64,000 nt of DNA, from NCBI GenBank assembly GCA_951406725.2, contig OX597821.1, positions 46,872,001 through 46,936,000 of the forward strand, in the 5' to 3' direction. Source of the stretch: Octopus vulgaris. Taxonomy: Eukaryota. The notes under the pieces were generated by a model. It was not told the DNA's origin, ran no database searches, and saw nothing but the letters and a program-made list of their open reading frames with translations. The number at the start of each line of letters is the position of its first letter. Position 1 is the stretch's first letter. Shown here piece by piece: positions 27,818 to 40,900 of this stretch. The position numbers were made by a program, and so were the translations under genes.

Positions 27818-28204
27818 GGATGGAAGCACTCCGTCGGTTACGACGACGAGGGTTCCGGTTGATCCGATCAACGGAACAGCCTGCTCGTGAAATTAACGTG
27901 TAAGTGGCTGAGCACTCCACAGACACGTGTACCCTTAACGTCGTTCTCGGGGATATTCAGCGTGACACAGAGAGTGACAAAGCCGGCCCTTTGAAATACA
28001 GATACAACAGAAACAGGAAGTAAGAGTGAGAGAAAGTTGTGGTGAAAGAGTACAGCAGGGATCACCACCATCCCCTGCCGGAGCCTCGTGGAGCTTTAGG
28101 TGTTTTCGCTCAGTAAACACTCACAACGCCCGGTCTGGGAATCGAAACCGCGATCCTACGACCGCGAGTCCGCTGCCCTAACCACTGGGCCATTGCGTCT
28201 CCAC
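27818..28204 (-). mobile_element. SINE family C, full length, 11-bp TSD
   Basis: About 6 substitutions by eye versus the 15945-16325 copy. TSD gatttctaagt at 27807-27817 and 28205-28215. Confidence 0.92.
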
Positions 28205-28338
28205 GATTTCTAAGTAATGTCTTTGTGGACAAAAGAAGAGGGATGTTTCCAGTAGGTTTGCATCCTATATTGGGATTTCGTCATGAATGGACTTCTAACT
28301 GTGTCCAGAGACATCGTACACACACACATAAATAAATA

Positions 28339-28403
28339 AATCGAAACCGCGATCCTCCGACCGCGATTCCGCTGCCCTAACCATTGGGCCATTGAGCCTC
28401 CAC
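28339..28403 (-). mobile_element. Isolated family C tRNA-like head
   Basis: aatcgaaaccgcgatcctccgaccgcgattccgctgccctaaccattgggccattgagcctccac. Confidence 0.75.
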
Positions 28404-28694
28404 TGCCGTTGCTGCTGCAGCTACTGCTATTTAACATGAGATTGAGTAAACTATTGATCGTAAGTAATCCAGTTTGACTATCCAGTCTTTCCTTATGGGC
28501 TCAGAGCCCAGAAACATGTTACCCAATGTGTCTTTTTCACAGATAGTAGCCTGTGATTTACATAAAATTTGGCTGCTATTTCTTGCTGGTCGAGCGACTG
28601 CACATAATCATTATGTACAGCTACAGAGAAGTCAGAAATGGAAATCCGGTCATTAGAATGATGAGAAATAGAAGACATAGAAGACAGTAAAAAA

Positions 28695-28760
28695 GTCGAG
28701 TTGCTCGACTAAAGGCGGTGCTCCAGCATGGCCACGGTTAGATGACTGAAACAAGAAAAA
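28695..28760 (+). mobile_element. SINE family A, 3' tail only
   Basis: gctcgactaaaggcggtgctccagcatggcc...gactgaaacaag. Confidence 0.75.
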
Positions 28761-29369
28761 CAAAAAGAAAGAAAGAAAGAAAAAAGTATATATATATATA
28801 TAAAAGCGACAAATCGCTGATATTACAGTATGGGATATACTGATATTACAGATATTTTGTGCAAGCACAGCTGATACGTGTATTAATGTGAAACGAAGGA
28901 CAAAATCCGGTAGCTATGTTCCTTTTACCGAAATATAAAAATCTCTTTTGATTGATCGTTGCCATGGTTCGACTGAATACTTGTCAATATTAACTCCTCC
29001 ATTTGACGTTATTCAATATGTGGAATCATTATAACAATCTCTACTTTTATTTGATGCAAGACGCACGAGTAAAATAAGATTAATAAGGATTATGGGAGAT
29101 TACAGATAATTTACTGTTCAATAAAGAAAGGGGTATGGCTGTCCGTATAGAAAGATATACTAGAAAACAATAATGGCTCAAGGGATTATAGTAAACGGAA
29201 GAATTATTGGAAATATATACACGATACAAATATTGTTTTGTTCTTGTTCTCGTTTTCGAGGGGCAATTTGTGGGAATATGGCGTTAATGACGTGTTAGAT
29301 ATGATTTCGCGCTAGATACTTGTGAATATATTGCATTGCTTAGAGGAAATAAACCAATGAATTATTGTG

Positions 29370-29755
29370 TTAGAATGGTAATTAGGTTAGTTGCAGAGCT
29401 ATCTTTAGAAATATTATGTTACTCGGACCACAACTAGTGAATGTATTATGTTAATGGTTGTTGTAACTATGGAGATATTGCATTAATTTGAGTGGTAACT
29501 AAGGAGACATGCTAGGTGGTGGTGTTCTCAGTATAAAGATATGACAGTAATTGGAGTACATACCGAAGAGAAATTACTAATTTGCATTGTAACAATGGAG
29601 ATAAGGTATGACTTCGAGTGATAAGTAAGGAGATATGAGTGACTGCGTGGTAGTGTGACGTATTAGAGTGGTAACTACAGAGATATGAGATTCGTGTGAC
29701 ATAGTTGGAATGATCACTATGGAGATATGAATGTCTGAGTGGCAGTGTGAAAAAC
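29370..29755 (+). repeat. Degenerate minisatellite with recurring gtggtaactatggagatatg-like motif
   Basis: Variants near 29460, 29492, 29586, 29617, 29668 and 29711. Confidence 0.65.
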
Positions 29756-30699
29756 AGCTGTAATCGAGGTTCTTTACTGAAACAATTTTACTTTTCTTAT
29801 CTCCATGGTATATTACACGAGTAACAGACTTCGTCTAAGGTCGATTTAAATGACGTTATACTTCACCGTCGAATGTGATGTTTTATACAATTTGAAATAA
29901 CAACTCTGATGTGAACAGTGGACGTGATTGCAAACATAAAGCATTGGACCCGCTACAGTATTTTTGTTTCGTCTATTATTACTGACTCCACTTCATACAT
30001 GCATCATCTTTGCTCTTTAACACTTTTAGTGTCATTAAATGTCTGTCTTATGTTGACAATATATCATGTCATTTCTATGTTTAACTCAGAACTTAGTTCA
30101 TTTATAAGAAATATAAGGACTTGTACATGCAAAAGTCGGTTTCAACATTGGTTTCCAGCAGTAATTATACCAGTAACGTCCCCGAACAAGGTACGACTTC
30201 CACACAGTCTTCACTATCGTATACGAAACGTGTTAAGTATTATACACAAATTCAGAAAGCTTGAACACTTATAATAAAGAAAGAGCGAGAGAGACTCTAT
30301 TGTAGTCTCTCGACATGCTAGGAAAGGCAGCCAAATCACCTTTAAGTTACACCCTTCCATCATAAAACCTGGAAGAACGTATTGGAAGATATAGTTCGAA
30401 AGAAAAGGAGGGGATAATCGTAGACCTACCCAGAGATTACATATAGTTAGGCAAACAACAGAATACACAATAAATCTGAGTATATTAATTTCACAGGTAA
30501 ATTGTTACTAGTTCTCAACTTAAAGTCATCATTTTTGACCATTTTGTTCCCCCTAATGGTTTTAAGAAAATTCAACACAGCAATAAAAATGAATCCCACT
30601 CTTCAAATTCCATTTACAGAAATGTTAATGCTACACAAGAATACTCAAATTATATTTACAAAGTTCGAGAGGTATGAAGTAATTATTTATTTTAAAGGT

Positions 30700-30854
30700 T
30701 GAAATTCGAAGTAGATAAAGCTATAAATAGTAGCGTGTAGAATAATAGGTGAGAAAAGAAACCTGCAGTCTTCGACTTTTTTTTCTATCCAAAGTTTTTT
30801 AACCCAACATTCTATACGCTATTTTTATAGCTTTATCAACTTTGAGTTTCACTG
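30700..30854. mobile_element. MITE-like element with ~43-bp imperfect terminal inverted repeats
   Basis: gaaattcgaagtagataaagctataaatagtagcgtgtagaat versus the reverse complement of attctatacgctatttttatagctttatcaactttgagtttc. The right end reads CAGTGAAACTC (Tigger/pogo-like). Confidence 0.55.
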
Positions 30855-31643
30855 TTAACAAGAATAATTTACACTACACGAATAATAATTTTAGAAATAT
30901 ATACAACTTCAACCAAACAAATAATTGCATTTTAATTACCGTCTTATCGCCCAACTTTTTTTTATTAGGTTATAAACACAAAACTGTCTTACATGTACAA
31001 TATTTTATAGTCATACAAGCAACACCTTAGTAAAATCTCGTATTCCTATTGATCGACTGTTAAATTAAATAGTTTTATAGCGTTCTTTGTTAACAACACC
31101 TGTTTCTAACGTTCACTATGTAATGTTAATACTGTATGAATATCACTAGGAACATTTAAATGGTTTCACACATCCATATCCTTGACATATATATATATTT
31201 ATATATATATACACAAAATATATACATAGACACACCACACACATACCCTCACATTAACACACTTACACACACTACACACGCACACACATACACACACATG
31301 CAAACACAAACACGCACACAAACAATCTATTTAAACTATATAATAATTGAGTCTGATAAACATACTTACCTCTCTGGAAAGCCTACAAGTCTCTCTGTTT
31401 GAAACAAATCTCATCTTGTTAGGATCAAAGAGAGTTATTTGGGTTAGCATTTCTTCTTCATATTCTCTGATTACAGAAAGCTAGAACATTTCATTACATA
31501 TGTATATATATATACACGAACACTTATATTTACATATATATATGTACACACATACAAAATAGGTTTGTATGTGTTCATACGCGTGCGAGCGAGAACATGT
31601 GGTGTGTGTGTGTGTGTGCATGTGTGTGTGTGTATGTGTGTGC

Positions 31644-31683
<40 letters not shown>

Positions 31684-32224
31684 ATAGACAGGTACGCACG
31701 CGCTTATCAGTGATAGATTGAAGTACCGCTCTGGAAATCAATAGTTTAACAGATCTTGATATAAAAGCTGTGATGTTTGCTAAATACTTCCTCTTCTAGT
31801 TCTCATCTTACAAATAAATTACCTGATGAAATGTTCTCACTATTCTGTTTTGAAAGGCAATACCGTATATTTTCTAGTTCTTTCCTAATGGCGTCTATAG
31901 TAATTTTTCGTTATCTTTCACGGAGGTTGTTCCCTGAGTCTTTTACCACTTTAACTCTCTTGAAGCGGAAGACTGAAATGCAGAGAAGTGCAAACTACAT
32001 TGTAGATATGTTTTGTGATACTCACACCAAAAAAACCCTGGCTGGGTAGAATCTTGATGAAAAGTTTTACAGATGTGAAAACACGTTCTTGAATATTTAG
32101 GATAAGATTTTCCAATATGATTCAAGACTAAAGGTTGTAACAAACGAATACATTTTGTTCGTTCATACTGGTATTTTCTCTTGGCATGTATGTATATATA
32201 TATCTATATATCTATATCTATATA

Positions 32225-32284
<60 letters not shown>

Positions 32285-33238
32285 CATGGACGTTTAGAAT
32301 TTTATAATAGTGACGCTTGATTACGACGATTATTAAATTATAATGAAATAGCAACAAAGTACAAGAAGACGTTGTGCTATCAAGTTACAACTATAGACTT
32401 TTGTTTAATAAAAGAATAAAAGACAAAACAGCAGAGAAATACAAAGAGATTATGTTAATATTTTGTTTCTTTTGTTCTACCAACAATAGAGTTGTGAACC
32501 AAATTTCGAAAACTTACTCTAGAAGTAACGTCCCAGAAACTGAATTTAAGATTAGATGAATAAACAATTGAATTATTATTATTATTTTTTTTTAGTTTTC
32601 ATTTAAATTATTTATTGGCATATTTTACTTGTAGAGCATGCGAAAATAATTCCTGAGGCGAGGATATTGTTTTGGTGCTGAATTCAAAGGAATTCAAAGG
32701 AATCTCGGTTGGATTCAACCAAGCGTGGAAGCTATTAGTATTAGAAGAAAATGTGTTACTAATGACTTTTAAAAGCAAGTAAATATATTATTTACTGATT
32801 ATTAGTTCTACTTTGACATTAAAATAATAGAGAGAGAGAGAGAGAGAGAGGAAAGTGTAGGAAGGAGAGTGAAAGAGATTACAAAAACTGTCTGAATAGA
32901 TATTGTGACAGTGGTGGAGGCGTAGACAGTAGACAATCTTGCTTGTTAGGGTTACAGGGAATTATTTCGGGAGGTCACGTGTTTATAGATACCAAGGTGT
33001 TTCGCAATGTGAGGTATTTTTTCTCAGTCATATTGTTGACACATATTTACTAGTAATACATAGCAAATATCCAACAAACATGGCTACAAAAACTTGGATG
33101 CGTTTTCATATTATTGCCTTGGGTCCTTTTATTGAAGCATTGGCTTCAAGCAGGAACTCACACACGCACGCACATACACACACACACACACACAGACATA
33201 CACAAGCAATCAGACATGTATGTATGTATATATGTATG

Positions 33239-33270
<32 letters not shown>

Positions 33271-33294
33271 TGTATGTATGTATGTATGTATGTA

Positions 33295-33325
<31 letters not shown>

Positions 33326-33726
33326 ATGTATGTATGTATGTATTAGACATTCTTTTTTATATAGCAAGGCTTTGGTCGAGTAAAAGATACTTGCTCATGG
33401 CATTTCTCTATATATGGTATCAAGTAGTGATGACGTAATTCTTGCCACTGCCATATTTAGCAACAGCGTAAGTGGAAGGTTGAATACAGTAAGTAGCTGT
33501 AATACACTAGGAAACATGCAACTGATTATGTGCTGAGTGAAATGATGTTAAACAATTGGTCCAAATAAAGCACATTATTTATTGTCATTTACTTATGTAA
33601 AGGCGGCGAGTCCGCAGAGTCGTTAGAGTGTCTTATAAACTCCTACGGTGGAAATATGTAAAAATTCTTATCTCCCAAACTTATACATTGATCAAATCAG
33701 CTATGAGTTTAAAGCTTCTTGGTTCA

Positions 33727-33872
33727 ATCTTTTACTTGTTTCAGTCATTAACATACAGTCATGCTGAGGCATTGTCTTGAAGATTAGTAGTCGAACGAAT
33801 CGACTCTAGTATTTAATTACACTTGTTCACTTTTGCCGGACCACTAAGTTACGGGGGTATAAACGCATCAAC
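33727..33872 (-). mobile_element. SINE family A, 3' half, diverged
   Basis: cttttacttgtttcagtcatt...ttttgccggaccactaagttacgggg. Confidence 0.7.
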
Positions 33873-33962
33873 TAAATAAAGCAATGTTTAGAGGTTTAGA
33901 CTACGTATATAAAAATACTAAAAACAACTTGGCATTTTAATATATCATTGGTATTTGATATA

Positions 33963-34300
33963 CATGGCAGAATTGTTAACGGCATTTCGACCGTTTTTAC
34001 GTTCTGATTTCAAATTCCAGTGAGATTGACTTTACCTATCATCCTTTCGGCATGTGTCAAAATTTGAAACTCATATCTGATATACTTGGGCCGGCGAGCT
34101 GGCAGATTTGTTAGCATGCCAAAAGAAAATGCTTAGCGATACTTCATCCTCCTTTGCGTTCTCAGTTCCACTGAGGCCGACGCTGCCTTTCATCATTTCG
34201 GGGTCGATAAAATAAATACCAGTTGAGCACTGGGGTCGATGTAACCGATTTAACTCTTCTCCCAAAATTGATGGCCTTGTTCCAAAATTTGAAAGCTATA
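33963..34300 (+). mobile_element. Two adjacent SINE family B copies (deleted copy 33963-34070; fuller copy 34088-34300)
   Basis: ggcgagctggcag...cggggtcgataaaataaataccagttgagcactggggtcgatg...ccaaaatttgaaa. Confidence 0.75.
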
Positions 34301-34719
34301 TTAGACATACTTAGCCCTCGTACTACTTTATGTTATAATCTTCTCTCTGACCCGCCCCTGTTAAGAACCTGAGTTCTATCGGCGCCGGCTTGGGTCATCG
34401 GCGACTAAACGGGCATCCCTACCAAGTATGCTTGGGGAGTAAGGCTATTTTTGAAAACCTTGCAGGAAAAAAAAAACTGTCAAATAAAATTTGAACATTA
34501 AGTCCATGTCCATCAAAGACTGTGTAGGTATGCATGAGCATACATATGCGCATTTACTTGTGATTGCAAATGCACATGATAGAAAGAAATATACTCTCAC
34601 TGCAAATCTGCAGTGTTTGTAGTCTCTGGTCATCTAGCCGACCTTCTTTCTTTTTTCTTTCTTGCTGACAAACTTTCTTTAGAGACTGGCACTGGCGTCA
34701 CACAAGAGTTTGTCACTAC

Positions 34720-34818
34720 GTCAAATTCCGCCGATGTCGACTTTGCCTTTACTCCTTTCGCGGTCGTGGCCCCTCCCCCAAAATTTCGGGCCTTGTGCCT
34801 AGAATAGAAAAGAATATA
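34720..34818 (+). mobile_element. SINE family B, truncated and internally deleted
   Basis: tcaaattccgccgatgtcgactttgcc...ccccaaaatttcgggccttgtgcctagaatagaaaaga. Confidence 0.7.
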
Positions 34819-35923
34819 TGCGTTGAAATTAATAATGCAGACGAACTAAACGGATGTTGTGTCCAGACTACATTCATTTTCACAAGAGAGTGTTAAAACA
34901 CTTAAAACATCTCTCTTGACAGTTGGAAATTGAAACCACCGAAAGAGCATTGCTAAAGAAATAAAGAAAGTTAATACTGAACTAAGAAAGCCACAAATAA
35001 AAGACGTTCTCGACACCATGAAAGCAAGGGAAGTGTAAATCGCAAGAAAGCTGAATGGAATTTACACTAAACAGCTCAAGTACATTTTCCCCCCTTCACT
35101 TTAATTTTTTGCTTGTTTTTTTTCGTATGCCTATTTTTTTTTATATTTTACTGTAAAATAGTTTATATATCTTAGCAAGAGGCCATGTATTGTGATGGTC
35201 TGTCGGTGCAGGCAGTTTATTAAACAGTGCAGTTGTTGACAGATTCAACAACTTGCTAAGTGTATTAGTTCAGTTAAACAGCACAAGGATTGTAAATGCG
35301 GTAGGAATTGAGAGAGAGACGATCGAGACAAGAAAAACATGAAAATAAGAAGAATGCAAAAAACAAGGAACATCAATAACAACAACAAAACTCTGTCGGG
35401 CTATATCTTTTAAGAATAGGCTGCTTCCTATCAAATATTTGTTTGTACTCAAATGCACTCAATAAAGTCTACAAAGTAGCATTTTATCTTTTGTTCAAAG
35501 ATTACGAATAACTCTTCACAATTTGAAATAGGCTTTGTATAATAACAGAAGACGAAATTATACATAGTGGTAGTGATTTGTTGTGTATATAAAGTGTATG
35601 TGTAGTGACTTTCTGTGTATATAATTTATACAAACTTCGATATGTGTAGACTGAGATCCCGTTGACAGGTTGCTGATATTAAATAAAGTGTTGAACACTT
35701 ATAGTATGTAAATTAGTAGGCCCGTCCTCTGAAGCTACTGGATTTCTTGTGTATATAAATAGGTTAGTCACGTATTTCTCTGGTTTGGTCAAATGATGTA
35801 GACACATCTGACGAGAACCCAATAATATCCGATAATCGATTAAGGTTGTTTATCGCTTATTTTCATTCTAAAACTAAGGAGAAATAGCTTAATTTGCCAT
35901 GCTTGTATGTCTATGTAGTTATA

Positions 35924-36270
35924 CAGTCCCACTGTGTGGCATCTTGGGCAAGTGTCTTCTACTATAGCCTCGGGCCGACCAGTGCCTTGTGAGTGGATTT
36001 GGTAGACTGAAACTGAAAGAAGCCTGTCGTATATATGTATATATATATATGTGTATGTGTGTATGTTTGTGTGTCTGTGTTTGTCCCCCTAGCATTGCTT
36101 GACAACCGATGCTGGTGTGTTTACGTCCCCGTCACTTAGCGGTTCGGCAAAAAGAGACCGATAGAATAAGTCCTGGGCTTACAAAGAATAAGTCCCGGGG
36201 TCGATTTGCTCGACTAAAGGCGGTGCTCCAGCATGGCCGCAGTCAAATGACTGAAACAAGTAAAAGAAAA
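35924..36270 (+). mobile_element. SINE family A, 5'-truncated young copy
   Basis: Near-identical to 53180-53580 from cagtcccactg to gactgaaacaagtaaaaga. Confidence 0.9.
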
Positions 36271-36715
36271 AAGAAAAAAAAAACTAATATGTGTGTGTAT
36301 GTGTATGTGTGTGTGTGTGTGTGTGTGTGTTAGAGAGTGTGGAGTAAAACTGAATAAAGGAATTACACAGTAGCCCTGTTATACTCAGCAGGGCTATCGT
36401 GTAATCGGTGTCGGCTTCGGTACCTTGTACCGTGCATTCTTCCTTGAAATTTCAATGTCTTCAGCCTTATACTCAATAAAAGTCCTTTACTATTTGATGG
36501 CCACATTTTGAAGCTTTCTTAATATCACTTGAGAAAAAACAAACATACAAAAAACAGATTTCATCAAAGGACTATCTTACGTAAGCACCACAACTTTATT
36601 ATTTTTAGATATGATGTGCCCAAAAACATAACAGGGCACATTGTGAAGTATGATCTTTTAATTTTTAAGACATTGGGATGTGGTCTGAGAAAAAAACATG
36701 GCTGCTATTTTTAAC

Positions 36716-37015
36716 AAAGCCTTGTGAGTGGATTTGGTAGACGGAAAAAAGAAGCCCGTCGTACATATGTACGTGCCTTTGTGTGTGTGTGTGTGTGTGT
36801 TTGTGTGTGTATTTGTGTATGAGTCTGTGTGTGTGTGTGTTTGTCTGGTATGTGTCTACAACTAGTGGTGGTGTGTTCACGTCCTCGGAACTTAGCGGTT
36901 CGGAAAAGAGACCGATAAAATAAGTACTAGGCTTCAAAAAGTAAGTCCTAAGGTCGATTTGTTTGACAAAAACCCTTCAAGGCGGTGCCCCAGCATGGCC
37001 GCAGTCAATTAACTG
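36716..37015 (+). mobile_element. SINE family A, truncated older copy
   Basis: gccttgtgagtggatttggtagacgg...ggcggtgccccagcatggccgcagtc. Confidence 0.8.
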
Positions 37016-38689
37016 CAATGAATTAGACATATTTGTACATATATATATATGTATATATATATTATACGGTTTATATATTTTATGTATTATATATATAGGG
37101 TAATTTTATATTTTAAGAAAAGCGCGAAGACTCTTAGCTCTAATTTACATGAAATTGAAAAGTAGGATATCGAGTATAATTGAGAAATCATTGTTTCACC
37201 CGTTATATCTGATATTCCTGATTGATAGAGTCAATTAACAAAACCTACTTGAAGCTGGTCATCACATATACTAACACACCAACCAACATTAATAATAATA
37301 GCGTGCTTAATAAAAAGCCGTGGTTATTATTGATTCTATAAAATACTTTGATTGTATCAGTGAAATGAAGCGCAAAACTTCACTATCTTGGGTGAGACAG
37401 TCAATAAAAGTAAGGAGACCACTTAAGATAGAAGTAATCAAGTTTGCGTGTCTAGAAATTGTGAATGATTAAGTAAAGCTGAAGATTTAATCAGAATTGT
37501 ACGGCTGCCATATAGTAATAGGCAAGTAACTAACGAACCGAATCCGCTAAACGGCTCCGGTTTGCAGCTAAGCAATTTCATTTGCATCTCTGATACAATT
37601 CATGTTCATATTGTGATGTTCGTGTCTTTGTAGAAGGTATCAAAACATTTTCCTAAATAACACCTGTATTTTGCCTGTAATTTTGAATGTCATTAATAGC
37701 TTGGAGAGAGTTGGGTTCTGGGAATATGCCTTAAACTTCGGTCTTTTCTCAATATCTGAATGGACTGTACTTCTGCTCGTAAGAAGTTTTATACGATATC
37801 GGTTTACTGGCCATAGACTTGTTACATAAATGCTTTGATCAGTTCACAGCTAAACAAATTAACAGAATTAACCCTCAATAGCTCAATAAATCTAGATCCG
37901 ACACGATCGGCATCGATTTCTGTCACTTGGCTCTCTTATCGTGACATCACTTTCTCCGATCTCAAAAGACATCATAAATTGCATAATTAAAAATATTAAA
38001 ATGTCATAGAGGCGTTGTTGGTCTAAGTTAATAGTCTTTGCAAATTTAAATTCATTTTCATAGATAAGATATTTTTTCAATATATCTGTATCTTTATATT
38101 TCAGCCGGCTCCAAATCCAGTCGTCATTGTTTTATTCCTAAATGTATGTACACTGTATCAAACCGGAACCATCAATTCTAAACTAAAGCTAATCACAACA
38201 GTATTACCATGACAAACAACTGACATAATACCAAATTATGAATCAAGCGACACAGACAGCAAAATTTTGTGATTATTGCCAGTGTTACAATGAAGTAATG
38301 TGTTAAAGGAACTGAAACACAGCTGTAAGTTGACTCGGAAGCCAGTCTTAAATTTACTCCACATCATAATCATTTGATATAGTAGACATCACATTACAAA
38401 AATATCTACGGTCTGTCAGATCAATAGAAAGAACATACGTTATGGTTCGTAATATTTTGCAATGAATTGATACGATTATTGAATTTCCGCTACTAGATCA
38501 GATATTCAAAATTGATCACATAGAACAGTATCGATTTCTTTATTTGAAGTCCTTATAGTTTTTTTGTTATATTTATTGTCTTTTTATTATTTTTGTTTTA
38601 ATTTTTTTTCTTCATTCAATAAAGACCATAAATTAAAAGTATGGATAAATTTTATATACGTTTATACATATCTCATACTTAAATGTGTA

Positions 38690-38734
<45 letters not shown>

Positions 38735-38843
38735 ATCTGTGTTTGTATGTGTAACTATACTAATAAAACTTTTGTTTCAACACGTCCTTTCAAGTTTTTG
38801 GCCACATAAAAAACATATACATAAATACACACATGCATAGATA

Positions 38844-38896
<53 letters not shown>

Positions 38897-39059
38897 GTAT
38901 TTGTGTCCATTTCATTTTGCTCATATTGGTAAAATTTCATACTTTTCATCTTTTCCTCTCAAAAGTTGTGTCATCCAATCGTTTTCCACATAGGCTATCT
39001 GACATTCATGCACACAGTGACAGACAGACAGACAGACACACACACACACACACACACAC

Positions 39060-39200
39060 ACGGCGGCCTTCTTTTACTAAGAAGCCTACCGTGGATGTGT
39101 CTACTAAGTCCACTCATAAGGTTTTGGTTGAGCTGAGGTTATTGTAGAAGAACTTAGCCAAAGTCCACAAATGAAGCCTGAACCATATGGACAGCCACAT
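39060..39200 (-). mobile_element. SINE family A, decayed 5' half
   Basis: tctactaagtccactcataagg...gtagaagaacttagccaa...gaaccatatgg. Confidence 0.5.
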
Positions 39201-39284
39201 ATCGGTGTTACTTACATCTGTATACACAAACACAAATTCTTACATACACAGGTCTAAACATTTATAACTATATTTTTACATACA

Positions 39285-39331
<47 letters not shown>

Positions 39332-39726
39332 GTATGTACATATATGTGTGTATATATGCATATACTTATATATTATTTATATTATTATATGATCGAACGC
39401 CACGCATCCTTTTCCAAGTTTTATCTTAATAATTACGATGAACACTCTTCTTCTTTACTATCTCTTCTCTGTCTATCTCTCTTCCTCTCTTGTTCTTCAT
39501 CCTTTCTGGTTTTTCTCCCACACTTCCCTATTCTTGCAAACCAAATCCAAAACGAAATATATATAGAAATATATGCATATTGAGAATATTTTTGTTTCGT
39601 CTACCTCACACACCCATCCATCCATCCATCCATCCATCCATCCATCCATCCATACATACATACATACACACACACACATACATACATACATACATACATA
39701 CATACATACATACATACATACATACA

Positions 39727-39760
<34 letters not shown>

Positions 39761-39809
39761 CATACATACATACATACATATATACATACATACATACATA
39801 CATACATAC

Positions 39810-40900
39810 TTTGTGATTGCTCCATTTTCATCGATGATTGCCATGTCGCTGAGATTCCTCGTTGTCACTGACATTTCTGATATTCCGCTTACAACCGCTG
39901 AGACGACTTTTCAGCTCCGCTGAAGATCCTGCATGGTTTGAAGCATAGTTGCAACTTCCACTGGATCGATCGGATTACTTTGCGAAATATGATGCCTGTG
40001 AACCGTTACGAAATCGACTTGAAAGCCCTTTCACAAACAACGAACGTCGAACTAACTGGTCTAGGAGGAAGGACATTTGATTTTTTGCGGGACTTGAGAT
40101 GGTTGACAGACCTAGCCTTGGAGAGGAGTACCCGACAAGTTTCACACCTCCAACATTTTATGTTCTCTTTGAGATTCTGATGACAACCTCCAAATCTTCT
40201 GATTTAGACTTTCATGCTCAAGGCACCCCACTTCGAAAGTTTTACAGCCTCCCCGAATACGTTTCCGCAACTTTGCTCTTTCCAAAGTTAGTTATTCGCA
40301 TTGATTTTCAGTTCCTTCAGGTTGCCTTTTATGACAATTTTTGTGCTTTTATTTTATTTATTTTTATTTATTTAGTTTTTGTTTTTGTGGTTTGTTCATA
40401 AGTCGCATTCGGTAGACAGCTGGCCGCAGAATAGTCGCTTTGGAATCTGCTTTTTCCATACGAACAACGTGACCCGACCAATGCATCTAAATGTTATAAG
40501 TGACTGAAAGCTTGTGCATCCTGCCTTTGAAAGGTTCTGTGTCAAGTGTTTTACTTTGCCACTTGATGTCGAGTATGTATCAGACATTTTTTTTTATGAA
40601 AGCGTTCAAGAAGATTGCAATGTCCATGTTTCAGGAAAGAGCAAAGAGCAAAATAACTATTAGAATACAATCGCGTGATCTTGTTGGTGATGCTGTGATT
40701 TGTCCAGACTCTTTTATTCAAACTTTCCAAATGCTACAATTCTTTCAGAACGCGTTCATGTATTTCTGCATCTAGGGAACCATGCTGCCCAGAAACAAAA
40801 ATGTCAGTTATACTTAATCTTGTACCATATATTACGATATGGCTCCATAAGAGGTTCACCTCCTTCGCGTGTGAACATTACCTTGGCTATATGAATTATT
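39810..40900 (-). mobile_element. Decayed RTE-BovB-like LINE: RT C-terminus and terminal zinc-finger-like motifs
   Basis: With frameshift correction: KVMF..EP..FLGS..SLDAEIHER..AFGSLNKRVW; YILDIKWQSK.LDTE..SKAGCTS; WSGHVVRME..QIPKRLFCGQLSTE; CETCRVLLSKARSVNHLKS. These are hallmark RTE-BovB blocks. Confidence 0.8.

Noticed and set aside
29370-29755. CRISPR-like repeat-spacer appearance
   Set aside because: Repeats are degenerate, spacing is irregular, spacers are related, there are no cas genes, and the context is eukaryotic.
35800-35850. Other CTGANGA-like strings (35808, 45368, 47284)
   Set aside because: No properly placed helix II plus GAAA and NUH; at most heavily decayed PLE remnants.
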